Positions 1-10,865 of a DNA stretch of 64,000 nucleotides are shown here, one piece after another. Below the pieces are notes generated by a model that searched no databases, was not told where the DNA came from, and was given only the letters and a program-made list of their open reading frames with translations. The translations under genes were made by a program, and so were the position numbers. Numbering within the stretch: position 1 is the first letter of the stretch; every line of letters begins with the position of its first letter. The stretch comes from Escherichia coli (GTDB lineage: Bacteria; Pseudomonadota; Gammaproteobacteria; Enterobacterales; Enterobacteriaceae), in assembly GCF_044647545.1 (NCBI RefSeq), contig NZ_CP172818.1. One strand, 5' to 3'.

Positions 1-414
1 ACGGGACGGCACATTATACAGAATTTGCGGCAGGTCAGTATGTTCAGCGATGGCTTTGAAATGCTGATACAAACCTTCTTGCGACGGACGATTGTAGTAA
101 GGGGTTACCGTCAGGCAGCCGACGATACCGCTGTCATTGAAGCGCTGCGTCAGGCTAATGGCTTCCGCAGTAGCGTTAGCACCGGTCCCGGCAATCACCG
201 GAATGCGCCCGTCAGCCAGCTCCAGCGTCATCATCACCACATCAGCATGTTCGTCATGATTTAAGGTAGCGGACTCGCCAGTGGTGCCAACAGAAACGAT
301 CGCCGAAGTACCGCTGGCGACATGATAATCAATCAGTTTTTTCAAGCTAGCCCGACAGACATTACCTTTTTCATCCATCGGAGTAACAATCGCGACAATA
401 CTTCCCGTGAACAT
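1..414 (-). CDS. dapA: 4-hydroxy-tetrahydrodipicolinate synthase, N-terminal part only (gene continues beyond window start)
   Basis: Reverse strand from CAT at 412-414 translates [19 protein letters not shown]..., the DapA N-terminus; no stop inside the window. Confidence 0.9.
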   Translation of the reverse strand, partial: MFTGSIVAIVTPMDEKGNVCRASLKKLIDYHVASGTSAIVSVGTTGESATLNHDEHADVVMMTLELADGRIPVIAGTGANATAEAISLTQRFNDSGIVGCLTVTPYYNRPSQEGLYQHFKAIAEHTDLPQILYNVPSR

Positions 415-559
415 GGGCCATCCTCTGTGCAAACAAGTGTCTCAATGGTACGTTTGGTATGGCATTAAAAGCAAGCAGACAGAACCGTTCTGATTGTTGT
501 ATGCATGTTTTTTTTATGCTTTCCTTAAGAACAACTCACCCCTTGAAGGAATAACCAGT

Positions 560-1132
560 TTGACACTGTCATCGCAACATTATCTGGTGATCACTGCGTT
601 GGGTGCCGATCGCCCTGGAATAGTGAACACCATCACCCGTCATGTCAGTAGTTGCGGCTGTAATATTGAAGACAGTCGCCTGGCGATGCTGGGAGAAGAG
701 TTCACGTTTATCATGCTGCTTTCCGGTTCATGGAATGCCATTACTCTGATTGAATCAACGTTACCGTTGAAAGGTGCCGAACTGGATCTTTTAATCGTGA
801 TGAAGCGCACGACGGCGCGTCCGCGTCCGCCAATGCCAGCATCTGTCTGGGTTCAGGTCGATGTGGCAGACTCCCCGCATTTAATTGAACGCTTCACAGC
901 ACTTTTCGACGCGCATCATATGAACATTGCGGAGCTGGTGTCGCGCACGCAACCTGCTGAAAATGAACGGGCTGCGCAGTTGCATATTCAGATAACTGCC
1001 CACAGCCCCGCATCTGCGGACGCAGCAAATATTGAGCAAGCGTTCAAAGCCCTATGTACAGAACTCAATGCACAAGGCAGTATTAACGTCGTCAATTATT
1101 CCCAACATGATGAACAGGATGGAGTTAAGTAA
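560..1132 (+). CDS. gcvR: Glycine cleavage system transcriptional repressor (ACT domains)
   Basis: ORF 494..1132; 190-aa product if started at in-frame TTG 560 (LTLSSQHYLVITALGADRPGIVN...). Start codon choice is an inference from the known length. Confidence 0.85.
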   Translation: MTLSSQHYLVITALGADRPGIVNTITRHVSSCGCNIEDSRLAMLGEEFTFIMLLSGSWNAITLIESTLPLKGAELDLLIVMKRTTARPRPPMPASVWVQVDVADSPHLIERFTALFDAHHMNIAELVSRTQPAENERAAQLHIQITAHSPASADAANIEQAFKALCTELNAQGSINVVNYSQHDEQDGVK

Positions 1133-1602
1133 TGAATCCACTGAAAGCCGGTGATATCGCACCGAAATTTAGCTTGCCGGATCAAGACGGAGAACAAGTT
1201 AATTTGACCGACTTCCAGGGACAGCGTGTTCTGGTTTATTTCTACCCGAAAGCCATGACCCCCGGCTGTACCGTACAGGCCTGCGGCTTACGCGATAACA
1301 TGGATGAGTTGAAAAAAGCGGGCGTTGATGTGCTGGGTATCAGCACCGATAAACCCGAAAAACTCTCCCGTTTTGCGGAAAAAGAGCTGCTTAACTTTAC
1401 GCTCCTGTCTGATGAGGACCACCAGGTGTGCGAACAATTCGGCGTCTGGGGTGAAAAGTCCTTCATGGGCAAAACCTACGATGGTATTCATCGCATCAGC
1501 TTCCTGATTGACGCTGATGGCAAAATCGAACATGTTTTTGACGATTTCAAAACCAGCAATCACCACGACGTTGTGCTGAACTGGCTGAAAGAACACGCCT
1601 GA
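1132..1602 (+). CDS. bcp: Thiol peroxidase / bacterioferritin comigratory protein (peroxiredoxin)
   Basis: 156-aa ORF with peroxiredoxin active site AMTPGCTVQAC; ATG overlaps the gcvR stop by 1 nt. Confidence 0.93.
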   Translation: MNPLKAGDIAPKFSLPDQDGEQVNLTDFQGQRVLVYFYPKAMTPGCTVQACGLRDNMDELKKAGVDVLGISTDKPEKLSRFAEKELLNFTLLSDEDHQVCEQFGVWGEKSFMGKTYDGIHRISFLIDADGKIEHVFDDFKTSNHHDVVLNWLKEHA

Positions 1603-1796
1603 TTACTTTGCTCCATTCCGTGCTGGCTGCGCTTGCGGTCAGCACACCTCACTTCTCGTGATCAAGATCACATTCTCGCTTTCCCCTGCGACACGGGTGT
1701 CGAATCCATTTATTGCTGAACGTTAATGACCATCATTTTTGTACCGTTCAGAATCCAGTTAACACATAAATTATTGAATATATTAAATTAATCAGA

Positions 1797-1813
1797 CTGG
1801 CATCCTTTATGCA
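1797..1813 (+). promoter_or_regulatory. Sigma-54 (-24/-12) promoter of the hyf operon
   Basis: cTGGCATcctttaTGCAa: GG and GC separated by 10 nt, matching TGGCAC-N5-TTGCA; about 40 nt upstream of the hyfA ATG; operon encodes a sigma-54 activator (HyfR). Confidence 0.7.
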
Positions 1814-1854
1814 ATATGAAATGCAATGTTTCATATCATTTTCAAGGAGCCGAC

Positions 1855-2472
1855 ATGAACCGCTTTGTGGTGGCCGAACCACTGTGGTGTACAGGATGTA
1901 ATACCTGTCTCGCTGCCTGTTCGGACGTGCATAAAACGCAAGGTTTACAGCAACACCCGCGCCTGGCCCTGGCGAAGACGTCAACACTCACTGCCCCTGT
2001 CGTGTGTCATCACTGTGAGGAAGCCCCTTGCCTGCAGGTCTGCCCGGTCAATGCCATCTCCCAGAGGGACGATGCGATCCAACTCAACGAAAGCCTCTGT
2101 ATTGGCTGCAAGCTTTGCGCCGTGGTCTGCCCATTTGGCGCAATCAGCGCTTCAGGAAGCCGTCCGGTGAATGCCCCTGCGCAATATGTTTTTCAGGCTG
2201 AGGGCTCACTCAAAGACGGCGAAGAAAACGCGCCAACCCAACATGCTTTGCTGCGCTGGGAACCGGGTGTCCAGACCGTCGCGGTGAAATGCGACCTGTG
2301 TGATTTCTTGCCAGAAGGTCCGGCCTGCGTTCGCGCTTGTCCGAATCAGGCGTTACGGCTGATCACCGACGATAGCCTGCAACGTCAGATGAAAGAAAAA
2401 CAGCGCCTTGCCGCAAGCTGGTTTGCCAATGGCGGGGAGGATCCCCTTTCCCTCACTCAGGAGCAACGCTAA
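1855..2472 (+). CDS. hyfA: Hydrogenase-4 ferredoxin-like subunit (multiple 4Fe-4S Cys clusters)
   Basis: 205 aa from ATG 1855 after caaggag RBS; motifs CTGCNTCLAAC, CHHCEEAPC, CIGCKLCAVVCP, CDLC...CVRACP. Confidence 0.92.
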   Translation: MNRFVVAEPLWCTGCNTCLAACSDVHKTQGLQQHPRLALAKTSTLTAPVVCHHCEEAPCLQVCPVNAISQRDDAIQLNESLCIGCKLCAVVCPFGAISASGSRPVNAPAQYVFQAEGSLKDGEENAPTQHALLRWEPGVQTVAVKCDLCDFLPEGPACVRACPNQALRLITDDSLQRQMKEKQRLAASWFANGGEDPLSLTQEQR

Positions 2473-4490
2473 TGGATGCCCTGCAATTATTAACCTGGTC
2501 GCTGATCCTCTATCTGTTTGCCAGTCTGGCTTCGCTATTTTTACTCGGTCTGGACAGACTGGCTATTAAGCTTTCCGGCATCACATCGCTGGTGGGCGGC
2601 GTGATTGGCATCATCAGCGGAATTACGCAATTACATGCAGGCGTAACTTTAGCCGCCCGTTTTGCCACACCTTTTGAATTTGCCGATTTAACCCTGCGAA
2701 TGGATAGCCTCTCGGCATTTATGGTGCTGGTTATCTCCTTGCTGGTGGTGGTTTGTTCGCTCTATTCATTGACTTATATGCGCGAATACGAGGGTAAAGG
2801 CGCGGCGGCGATGGGCTTCTTTATGAATCTTTTCATCGCATCGATGGTTGCCCTGCTGGTGATGGACAACGCTTTTTGGTTCATCGTGCTGTTTGAAATG
2901 ATGTCGCTGTCTTCCTGGTTTCTGGTCATTGCCAGGCAGGATAAAACGTCGATCAACGCTGGCATGCTCTACTTTTTTATCGCCCACGCCGGATCGGTGC
3001 TGATTATGATCGCCTTCTTGCTGATGGGGCGCGAAAGCGGCAGCCTCGATTTTGCCAGTTTCCGCACGCTTTCACTTTCTCCGGGGCTGGCGTCGGCGGT
3101 GTTCCTGCTGGCCTTTTTCGGTTTTGGCGCGAAAGCCGGGATGATGCCGTTGCACAGCTGGTTGCCGCGCGCTCACCCTGCCGCACCATCGCACGCTTCG
3201 GCGTTGATGTCTGGCGTAATGGTCAAAATCGGTATTTTCGGCATCCTTAAAGTAGCGATGGATCTGCTGGCGCAAACGGATTTGCCGCTGTGGTGGGGCA
3301 TTCTGGTGATGGCGATCGGCGCAATCTCCGCGCTCCTGGGCGTGCTATATGCGCTGGCGGAACAGGATATCAAACGGCTGCTGGCCTGGAGTACCGTCGA
3401 AAACGTCGGCATTATTTTGCTGGCGGTCGGTGTGGCGATGGTCGGTCTGTCACTGCACGACCCGCTGCTCACCGTTGTTGGACTGCTCGGCGCGCTGTTT
3501 CATCTGCTCAACCATGCGCTGTTCAAAGGGCTGCTGTTTCTCGGCGCGGGCGCAATTATTTCGCGTTTGCATACCCACGACATGGAAAAAATGGGGGCAC
3601 TGGCGAAACGGATGCCGTGGACAGCCGCAGCATGCCTGATTGGTTGCCTCGCGATATCAGCCATTCCTCCGCTGAATGGTTTTATCAGCGAATGGTACAC
3701 CTGGCAGTCGCTGTTCTCACTAAGTCGTGTGGAAGCCGTAGCGCTACAACTTGCGGGTCCTATTGCTATGGTGATGCTGGCAGTCACTGGTGGGCTGGCA
3801 GTAATGTGCTTCGTCAAAATGTACGGCATTACTTTCTGTGGTGCGCCGCGCAGTACACACGCTGAAGAGGCACAGGACGTGCCAAATACGATGATCGTCG
3901 CCATGCTACTGCTCGCGGCACTCTGCGTATTCATTGCGCTTAGTGCCAGTTGGCTGGCACCGAAGATAATGCACATTGCCCATGCGTTTACCAATACCCC
4001 TCCCGTCACTGTCGCCAGCGGAATAGCACTTGTACCCGGCACGTTTCATACACGGGTCACTCCCTCATTACTGTTGCTGTTACTACTGGCGATGCCTTTG
4101 CTGCCTGGCCTTTACTGGCTGTGGTGTCGTTCGCGCCGCGCAGCGTTTCGTCGCACAGGAGATGCCTGGGCATGCGGCTACGGCTGGGATAATGCGATGG
4201 CCCCGTCAGGCAATGGCGTGATGCAGCCGCTGCGTGTGGTCTTTTGTGCGCTATTTCGTCTACGACAACAGCTCGACCCTACGCTGAGGCTGAACAAAGG
4301 TCTTGCGCACGTCACCGCCAGGGCTCAGAGCACAGAACCCTTCTGGGATGAGCGGGTGATCCGCCCCATCGTGAGCGCCACCCAACGGCTGGCCAAAGAA
4401 ATACAGCATCTGCAAAGCGGCGACTTTCGTCTCTATTGCCTGTATGTGGTCGCCGCACTGGTTGTGCTGCTAATCGCTATTGCCGTCTAA
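2472..4490 (+). CDS. hyfB: Hydrogenase-4 membrane subunit, NuoL/Mrp antiporter-like
   Basis: 672-aa polytopic hydrophobic ORF; start overlaps hyfA stop (TAATG). Confidence 0.92.
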   Translation: MDALQLLTWSLILYLFASLASLFLLGLDRLAIKLSGITSLVGGVIGIISGITQLHAGVTLAARFATPFEFADLTLRMDSLSAFMVLVISLLVVVCSLYSLTYMREYEGKGAAAMGFFMNLFIASMVALLVMDNAFWFIVLFEMMSLSSWFLVIARQDKTSINAGMLYFFIAHAGSVLIMIAFLLMGRESGSLDFASFRTLSLSPGLASAVFLLAFFGFGAKAGMMPLHSWLPRAHPAAPSHASALMSGVMVKIGIFGILKVAMDLLAQTDLPLWWGILVMAIGAISALLGVLYALAEQDIKRLLAWSTVENVGIILLAVGVAMVGLSLHDPLLTVVGLLGALFHLLNHALFKGLLFLGAGAIISRLHTHDMEKMGALAKRMPWTAAACLIGCLAISAIPPLNGFISEWYTWQSLFSLSRVEAVALQLAGPIAMVMLAVTGGLAVMCFVKMYGITFCGAPRSTHAEEAQDVPNTMIVAMLLLAALCVFIALSASWLAPKIMHIAHAFTNTPPVTVASGIALVPGTFHTRVTPSLLLLLLLAMPLLPGLYWLWCRSRRAAFRRTGDAWACGYGWDNAMAPSGNGVMQPLRVVFCALFRLRQQLDPTLRLNKGLAHVTARAQSTEPFWDERVIRPIVSATQRLAKEIQHLQSGDFRLYCLYVVAALVVLLIAIAV

Positions 4491-4500
4491 GGAAATCACC

Positions 4501-5448
4501 ATGAGACAAACTCTTTGCGACGGATATCTGATCATTTTTGCGTTAGCACAGGCCGTGATTCTGCTGGCGCTAACCCCGCTTTTTACGGGGATTTCCCGGC
4601 AGATACGCGCGCGTATGCACTCCCGTCGCGGACCGGGGATCTGGCAGGATTATCGCGATATCCACAAACTGTTTAAACGCCAGGAAGTTGCGCCGACATC
4701 TTCAGGTCTGATGTTCCGCCTGATGCCGTGGGTATTAATCAGCAGCATGCTGGTGCTGGCGATGGCCCTACCACTATTTATTACTGTTTCCCCTTTTGCG
4801 GGCGGCGGCGATCTGATCACCCTTATCTATCTTCTTGCCCTATTTCGTTTTTTCTTTGCTCTTTCCGGGCTGGATACCGGAAGCCCCTTTGCGGGAATCG
4901 GTGCCAGTCGCGAGTTAACGCTCGGCATTCTGGTCGAACCCATGCTCATTCTCTCACTGCTGGTATTGGCGCTGATAGCGGATTCCACGCATATCGAGAT
5001 GATCAGCAAGACGCTGGCGACGGGCTGGAACTCGCCGCTAACCACCGTACTGGCGTTACTGGCCTGTGGTTTTGCCTGCTTCATTGAGATGGGAAAAATT
5101 CCCTTTGATGTTGCTGAAGCAGAACAGGAATTACAGGAAGGCCCGCTGACCGAATATTCCGGTGCCGGGCTGGCGCTGGCGAAGTTGGGGCTGGGGCTGA
5201 AACAGGTCGTGATGGCATCACTGTTTGTGGCCCTGTTTCTGCCCTTTGGGCGCGCGCAAGAGCTTTCTCTCACCTGCCTGCTGACTTCACTTGTCGTTAC
5301 GCTGCTCAAGGTTTTGCTGATTTTTGTTCTGGCCTCTATCGCAGAAAACACGCTGGCACGCGGGCGATTTTTACTCATTCACCATGTGACCTGGCTTGGC
5401 TTCAGCCTTGCTGCGCTTGCCTGGGTCTTCTGGTTAACCGGTCTGTAA
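4501..5448 (+). CDS. hyfC: Hydrogenase-4 membrane subunit (NuoH/HycD-like)
   Basis: 315 aa from ATG 4501 (MRQTLCDGYLIIFALAQ...); hydrophobic; upstream ggaaatcacc RBS. Confidence 0.9.
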   Translation: MRQTLCDGYLIIFALAQAVILLALTPLFTGISRQIRARMHSRRGPGIWQDYRDIHKLFKRQEVAPTSSGLMFRLMPWVLISSMLVLAMALPLFITVSPFAGGGDLITLIYLLALFRFFFALSGLDTGSPFAGIGASRELTLGILVEPMLILSLLVLALIADSTHIEMISKTLATGWNSPLTTVLALLACGFACFIEMGKIPFDVAEAEQELQEGPLTEYSGAGLALAKLGLGLKQVVMASLFVALFLPFGRAQELSLTCLLTSLVVTLLKVLLIFVLASIAENTLARGRFLLIHHVTWLGFSLAALAWVFWLTGL

Positions 5449-5464
5449 GGAGCACTAACGGAAT

Positions 5465-6904
5465 ATGGAAAATCTTGCTCTGACGACGTTATTGCTGCCT
5501 TTTATCGGCGCACTGGTCGTTTCGTTTTCGCCACAACGTCGGGCCGCCGAATGGGGGGTTTTGTTCGCCGCGCTGACCACGCTGTGCATGTTGTCACTGA
5601 TCTCCGCGTTTTATCAGGCCGATAAAGTTGCCGTCACGTTGACGTTGGTCAACGTGGGGGATGTGGCGTTGTTTGGCCTGGTCATTGATCGCGTGAGTAC
5701 GCTGATTCTGTTTGTGGTGGTGTTCCTCGGTTTGCTGGTCACGATCTACTCCACGGGTTATCTGACGGATAAAAATCGCGAACACCTGCATAACGGCACG
5801 AATCGTTATTACGCATTTTTGCTGGTTTTTATCGGCGCGATGGCGGGACTGGTACTCTCCTCGACGCTGCTCGGTCAGTTGTTGTTTTTTGAAATTACGG
5901 GCGGCTGCTCCTGGGCGTTGATCAGTTATTACCAGAGCGATAAAGCGCAGCGTTCAGCACTAAAAGCGTTACTTATCACTCATATCGGTTCGCTGGGGTT
6001 GTATCTTGCCGCCGCCACGCTGTTTTTGCAGACCGGAACGTTTGCGCTTAGCGCGATGAGCGAGTTACACGGCGACGCACGTTATCTGGTTTATGGCGGC
6101 ATCCTGTTTGCCGCGTGGGGGAAATCGGCCCAGCTACCGATGCAAGCGTGGCTACCGGATGCAATGGAAGCGCCAACACCGATCAGCGCCTATCTCCACG
6201 CCGCATCGATGGTGAAAGTGGGCGTTTACATTTTTGCCCGTGCCATTATCGACGGCGGCAATATCCCGCATGTGATTGGCGGCGTTGGCATGGTTATGGC
6301 ACTGGTCACCATTCTTTACGGCTTCCTGATGTATTTGCCACAGCAGGATATGAAGCGGTTGCTGGCCTGGTCGACCATCACTCAACTTGGCTGGATGTTT
6401 TTCGGCTTGTCGCTCTCCATCTTCGGCTCGCGGCTGGCGCTGGAGGGCAGCATCGCCTACATCGTCAACCACGCGTTCGCTAAAAGCCTATTTTTCCTTG
6501 TAGCAGGTGCGCTGAGTTACAGCTGCGGCACGCGCTTGTTGCCGCGTCTGCGTGGCGTATTGCACACCCTGCCGTTGCCAGGCGTGGGTTTCTGCGTAGC
6601 CGCGCTGGCGATTACTGGCGTACCGCCGTTCAACGGCTTCTTCAGTAAATTCCCGCTGTTTGCCGCCGGTTTTTCGTTGTCAGTGGAGTACTGGATCCTG
6701 CTGCCCGCCATGATTCTGCTGATGTTTGAATCGGTCGCCAGTTTCGCCTGGTTTATTCGCTGGTTTGGTCGCGTCGTGCCTGGCAAACCGAGCGAGGCCG
6801 TCGCCGATGCCGCACCGCTGCCAGGATCAATGCGCCTGGTGTTGATTGTACTGATTGTGATGTCGCTGATTTCCAGCGTAATCGCCGCGACCTGGTTGCA
6901 GTAA
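5465..6904 (+). CDS. hyfD: Hydrogenase-4 membrane subunit, antiporter-like (NuoM/N family)
   Basis: 479-aa polytopic ORF, paralogous in character to hyfB and hyfF. Confidence 0.9.
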   Translation: MENLALTTLLLPFIGALVVSFSPQRRAAEWGVLFAALTTLCMLSLISAFYQADKVAVTLTLVNVGDVALFGLVIDRVSTLILFVVVFLGLLVTIYSTGYLTDKNREHLHNGTNRYYAFLLVFIGAMAGLVLSSTLLGQLLFFEITGGCSWALISYYQSDKAQRSALKALLITHIGSLGLYLAAATLFLQTGTFALSAMSELHGDARYLVYGGILFAAWGKSAQLPMQAWLPDAMEAPTPISAYLHAASMVKVGVYIFARAIIDGGNIPHVIGGVGMVMALVTILYGFLMYLPQQDMKRLLAWSTITQLGWMFFGLSLSIFGSRLALEGSIAYIVNHAFAKSLFFLVAGALSYSCGTRLLPRLRGVLHTLPLPGVGFCVAALAITGVPPFNGFFSKFPLFAAGFSLSVEYWILLPAMILLMFESVASFAWFIRWFGRVVPGKPSEAVADAAPLPGSMRLVLIVLIVMSLISSVIAATWLQ

Positions 6905-6915
6905 GGAGATGATGA

Positions 6916-7566
6916 ATGACCGGTTCTATGATCGTAAATAATCTGGCGGGACTGATGATGCTGACATCGCTGTTTGTGATTAGCGTCAAAAGCTATCGCC
7001 TGTCATGCGGATTTTACGCCTGCCAGTCGCTGGTGCTGGTGTCTATTTTCGCCACCCTCTCGTGCCTGTTCGTCGCAGAGCAACTGCTGATCTGGTCCGC
7101 CAGCGCCTTTATCACCAAAGTGCTGCTGGTACCGTTAATCATGATTTACGCTGCACGAAATATTCCCCAGAACATCCCGGAAAAAGCGTTATTCGGTCCG
7201 GCTATGATGGCATTGCTCGCGGCATTAATTGTCCTGCTTTGCGCATTTGTCGTTCAGCCCGTGAAGCTACCGATGGCTACCGGGCTGAAACCGGCGCTGG
7301 CGGTGGCGTTAGGTCATTTTCTGCTTGGCCTGCTGTGCATTGTCAGCCAGCGCAATATCCTGCGGCAAATTTTTGGTTACTGCCTGATGGAAAACGGCTC
7401 CCATCTGGTGCTGGCGCTTCTTGCCTGGCGTGCACCGGAACTGGTGGAAATTGGTATCGCTACCGACGCCATCTTCGCCGTCATTGTGATGGTGTTACTG
7501 GCAAGAAAAATATGGCGTACCCACGGCACGCTGGACGTGAACAACTTGACCGCGCTGAAGGGATAA
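6916..7566 (+). CDS. hyfE: Hydrogenase-4 small membrane subunit (NuoK-like)
   Basis: 216-aa hydrophobic ORF in operon context. Confidence 0.88.
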   Translation: MTGSMIVNNLAGLMMLTSLFVISVKSYRLSCGFYACQSLVLVSIFATLSCLFVAEQLLIWSASAFITKVLLVPLIMIYAARNIPQNIPEKALFGPAMMALLAALIVLLCAFVVQPVKLPMATGLKPALAVALGHFLLGLLCIVSQRNILRQIFGYCLMENGSHLVLALLAWRAPELVEIGIATDAIFAVIVMVLLARKIWRTHGTLDVNNLTALKG

Positions 7567-7570
7567 TGAG

Positions 7571-9151
7571 ATGAGTTATTCTGTGATGTTCGCTTTACTC
7601 CTGCTCACGCCGCTGCTTTTTTCGCTGCTCTGTTTTGCCTGCCGGAAATGGGGACACTCTGCGACTCGCACGGTGACAGTACTACATAGCTTAGGGATCA
7701 CACTGCTGCTGATTCTGACACTGTGGGTGGTCCAAACTGCCGCTGATGCGGGAGAAATATTCGCTGCGGGACTGTGGCTTCATATTGATGGTCTGGGCGG
7801 TTTGTTCCTCGCCATTCTTGGTGTGATTGGCTTTCTCACCGGTGTTTACTCGATTGGCTACATGCGTCATGAAGTGGCACACGGCGAGCTTTCACCCGTT
7901 ACGCTGTGCGATTACTACGGTTTCTTCCATCTGTTTTTGTTCACCATGCTGCTGGTTGTTACCAGCAATAACCTGATTGTGATGTGGGCGGCGATCGAAG
8001 CCACCACCTTAAGCTCGGCGTTTCTGGTAGGCATTTACGGTCAGCGTTCATCGCTGGAAGCTGCATGGAAGTACATCATTATTTGTACTGTTGGTGTCGC
8101 TTTTGGTCTGTTCGGTACCGTGCTGGTATACGCCAACGCCGCCAGCGTTATGCCGCAGGCAGAAATGGCGATATTCTGGAGCGAGGTTCTTAAGCAATCG
8201 TCCTTGCTTGACCCAACATTAATGCTGTTGGCCTTTGTGTTTGTGCTAATTGGCTTTGGCACCAAAACCGGGCTATTCCCCATGCACGCCTGGCTGCCAG
8301 ATGCTCACAGTGAAGCGCCGAGTCCGGTCAGCGCCCTGCTCTCCGCCGTATTGCTGAACTGCGCGCTATTGGTGCTGATTCGCTATTACATCATTATTTG
8401 CCAGGCCATCGGCAGCGATTTCCCCAACCGGTTGTTGCTCATCTTCGGCATGTTGTCGGTTGCCGTGGCGGCATTTTTCATTCTGGTACAGCGGGACATT
8501 AAGCGTCTGCTGGCGTACTCCAGCGTGGAGAACATGGGACTGGTCGCGGTGGCGTTAGGCATTGGCGGGCCGCTGGGAATTTTTGCCGCGCTGCTGCACA
8601 CCTTAAACCACAGTCTGGCAAAAACGCTGCTGTTCTGCGGTTCCGGCAATGTACTGCTCAAGTACGGCACGCGCGATCTCAACGTCGTCTGCGGAATGCT
8701 CAAAATCATGCCATTTACCGCCGTGCTGTTTGGCGGCGGTGCGCTGGCGCTGGCCGGGATGCCGCCCTTCAACATTTTTCTTAGCGAATTTATGACCGTT
8801 ACCGCCGGACTGGCGCGTAATCACCTGCTGATTATCGTCCTGCTGTTATTGCTGTTAACGCTGGTGCTGGCGGGCCTGGTACGGATGGCTGCGCGGGTGT
8901 TAATGGCGAAACCGCCGCAGGCCGTTAACCGGGGTGAACTTGGCTGGTTGACCACCTCGCCAATGGTGATTCTGCTGGTCATGATGCTGGCGATGGGAAC
9001 GCATATTCCACAACCTGTCATCAGGATCCTGGCGGGCGCTTCCACTATAGTCCTCTCAGGGACGCACGACCTGCCTGCACAACGTAGCACCTGGCATGAT
9101 TTTTTGCCTTCAGGCACCGCATCTGTTTCGGAGAAACACAGTGAACGTTAA
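7571..9151 (+). CDS. hyfF: Hydrogenase-4 membrane subunit, antiporter-like
   Basis: 526-aa polytopic ORF; third antiporter-like paralog in the operon. Confidence 0.9.
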   Translation: MSYSVMFALLLLTPLLFSLLCFACRKWGHSATRTVTVLHSLGITLLLILTLWVVQTAADAGEIFAAGLWLHIDGLGGLFLAILGVIGFLTGVYSIGYMRHEVAHGELSPVTLCDYYGFFHLFLFTMLLVVTSNNLIVMWAAIEATTLSSAFLVGIYGQRSSLEAAWKYIIICTVGVAFGLFGTVLVYANAASVMPQAEMAIFWSEVLKQSSLLDPTLMLLAFVFVLIGFGTKTGLFPMHAWLPDAHSEAPSPVSALLSAVLLNCALLVLIRYYIIICQAIGSDFPNRLLLIFGMLSVAVAAFFILVQRDIKRLLAYSSVENMGLVAVALGIGGPLGIFAALLHTLNHSLAKTLLFCGSGNVLLKYGTRDLNVVCGMLKIMPFTAVLFGGGALALAGMPPFNIFLSEFMTVTAGLARNHLLIIVLLLLLLTLVLAGLVRMAARVLMAKPPQAVNRGELGWLTTSPMVILLVMMLAMGTHIPQPVIRILAGASTIVLSGTHDLPAQRSTWHDFLPSGTASVSEKHSER

Positions 9152-10856
9152 TTCATCGTCAAATCGTGGCGAAGCGATTCTCGCCGCCCTGAAAACGCAG
9201 TTCCCCGGCGCGGTGCTGGATGAAGAGCGACAAACGCCTGAACAGGTCACCATTACGGTGAAAATCAATCTGCTGCCTGACGTTGTGCATTATCTTTATT
9301 ATCAACATGATGGCTGGCTTCCGGTCCTGTTTGGCAACGACGAGCGGACACTTAACGGTCATTACGCGGTTTATTATGCCCTTTCTATGGAAGGGGCCGA
9401 AAAATGCTGGATCGTGGTGAAGGCACTGGTCGATGCCGACAGTCGGGAGTTTCCGTCAGTCACACCGCGCGTCCCTGCCGCGGTCTGGGGCGAGCGAGAA
9501 ATTCGCGATATGTACGGGTTGATTCCGGTTGGCCAGCCGGATCAGCGTCGGCTGGTGTTGCCCGATGACTGGCCGGAAGATATGCATCCGCTGCGCAAAG
9601 ACGCGATGGATTATCGACTGCGCCCAGAACCGACGACTGATACCGAAACGTATCCGTTTATCAACGAGGGCAACAGCGATGCGCGGGTGATCCCTGTCGG
9701 CCCGCTGCATATCACCTCCGATGAACCAGGTCACTTCCGCTTGTTTGTGGATGGCGAGCAAATTGTCGATGCTGATTACCGCCTGTTTTATGTCCATCGC
9801 GGCATGGAGAAACTGGCAGAAACGCGGATGGGCTACAACGAAGTGACCTTCTTATCCGACCGCGTGTGTGGGATTTGCGGTTTTGCCCACAGTGTGGCCT
9901 ATACCAACTCGGTTGAAAATGCACTGGGGATTGAGGTGCCGCAACGAGCGCATACTATTCGCTCGATTCTGCTGGAAGTCGAACGGCTGCATAGTCATTT
10001 GCTCAACCTTGGCCTCTCCTGCCATTTTGTTGGTTTTGATACCGGCTTTATGCAATTTTTCCGCGTGCGGGAAAAGTCGATGACGATGGCGGAATTGCTG
10101 ACCGGGTCGCGTAAAACCTACGGTCTGAATCTGATTGGTGGTGTTCGCCGCGATATTCTCAAAGAGCAACGTCTGCAAACGCTGAAACTGGTGCGCGAGA
10201 TGCGCGCCGACGTGTCGGAGCTGGTAGAGATGTTGCTTGCCACGCCGAATATGGAACAACGCACTCAGGGCATTGGCATTCTCGACCGACAAATCGCCCG
10301 TGATTATAGCCCCGTAGGGCCGCTGATCCGCGGCAGTGGCTTTGCCCGTGATTTGCGCTTTGATCACCCCTACGCCGACTACGGCAATATTCCCAAAACG
10401 CTGTTTACCTTTACCGGCGGCGATGTCTTCTCCCGCGTGATGGTCCGTGTCAAAGAGACGTTTGATTCGCTGGCAATGCTGGAATTTGCCCTCGACAACA
10501 TGCCAGATACCCCACTGCTGACCGAAGGCTTTAGCTATAAACCTCACGCATTCGCGCTGGGCTTTGTTGAAGCGCCACGTGGTGAAGACGTGCACTGGAG
10601 CATGCTCGGTGATAACCAAAAATTGTTCCGCTGGCGCTGTCGTGCCGCCACCTACGCCAACTGGCCAGTGCTGCGTTACATGCTGCGCGGCAATACCGTT
10701 TCTGACGCACCGCTGATTATCGGTAGCCTTGATCCCTGTTACTCCTGTACCGACCGTGTGACGCTGGTTGATGTGCGCAAGCGCCAGTCAAAAACCGTGC
10801 CGTATAAAGAGATCGAACGCTACGGCATTGATCGTAACCGTTCGCCGCTGAAGTAA
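9141..10856 (+). CDS. hyfG: Hydrogenase-4 [NiFe] large catalytic subunit
   Basis: N-terminal NiFe ligand motif [10 protein letters not shown] and C-terminal DPCYSCTDR. Start ambiguous: GTG 9141 (overlaps hyfF stop by 11 nt) or ATG 9096. Confidence 0.9.
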   Translation: MNVNSSSNRGEAILAALKTQFPGAVLDEERQTPEQVTITVKINLLPDVVHYLYYQHDGWLPVLFGNDERTLNGHYAVYYALSMEGAEKCWIVVKALVDADSREFPSVTPRVPAAVWGEREIRDMYGLIPVGQPDQRRLVLPDDWPEDMHPLRKDAMDYRLRPEPTTDTETYPFINEGNSDARVIPVGPLHITSDEPGHFRLFVDGEQIVDADYRLFYVHRGMEKLAETRMGYNEVTFLSDRVCGICGFAHSVAYTNSVENALGIEVPQRAHTIRSILLEVERLHSHLLNLGLSCHFVGFDTGFMQFFRVREKSMTMAELLTGSRKTYGLNLIGGVRRDILKEQRLQTLKLVREMRADVSELVEMLLATPNMEQRTQGIGILDRQIARDYSPVGPLIRGSGFARDLRFDHPYADYGNIPKTLFTFTGGDVFSRVMVRVKETFDSLAMLEFALDNMPDTPLLTEGFSYKPHAFALGFVEAPRGEDVHWSMLGDNQKLFRWRCRAATYANWPVLRYMLRGNTVSDAPLIIGSLDPCYSCTDRVTLVDVRKRQSKTVPYKEIERYGIDRNRSPLK

Positions 10857-10865
10857 GGACAGAAA

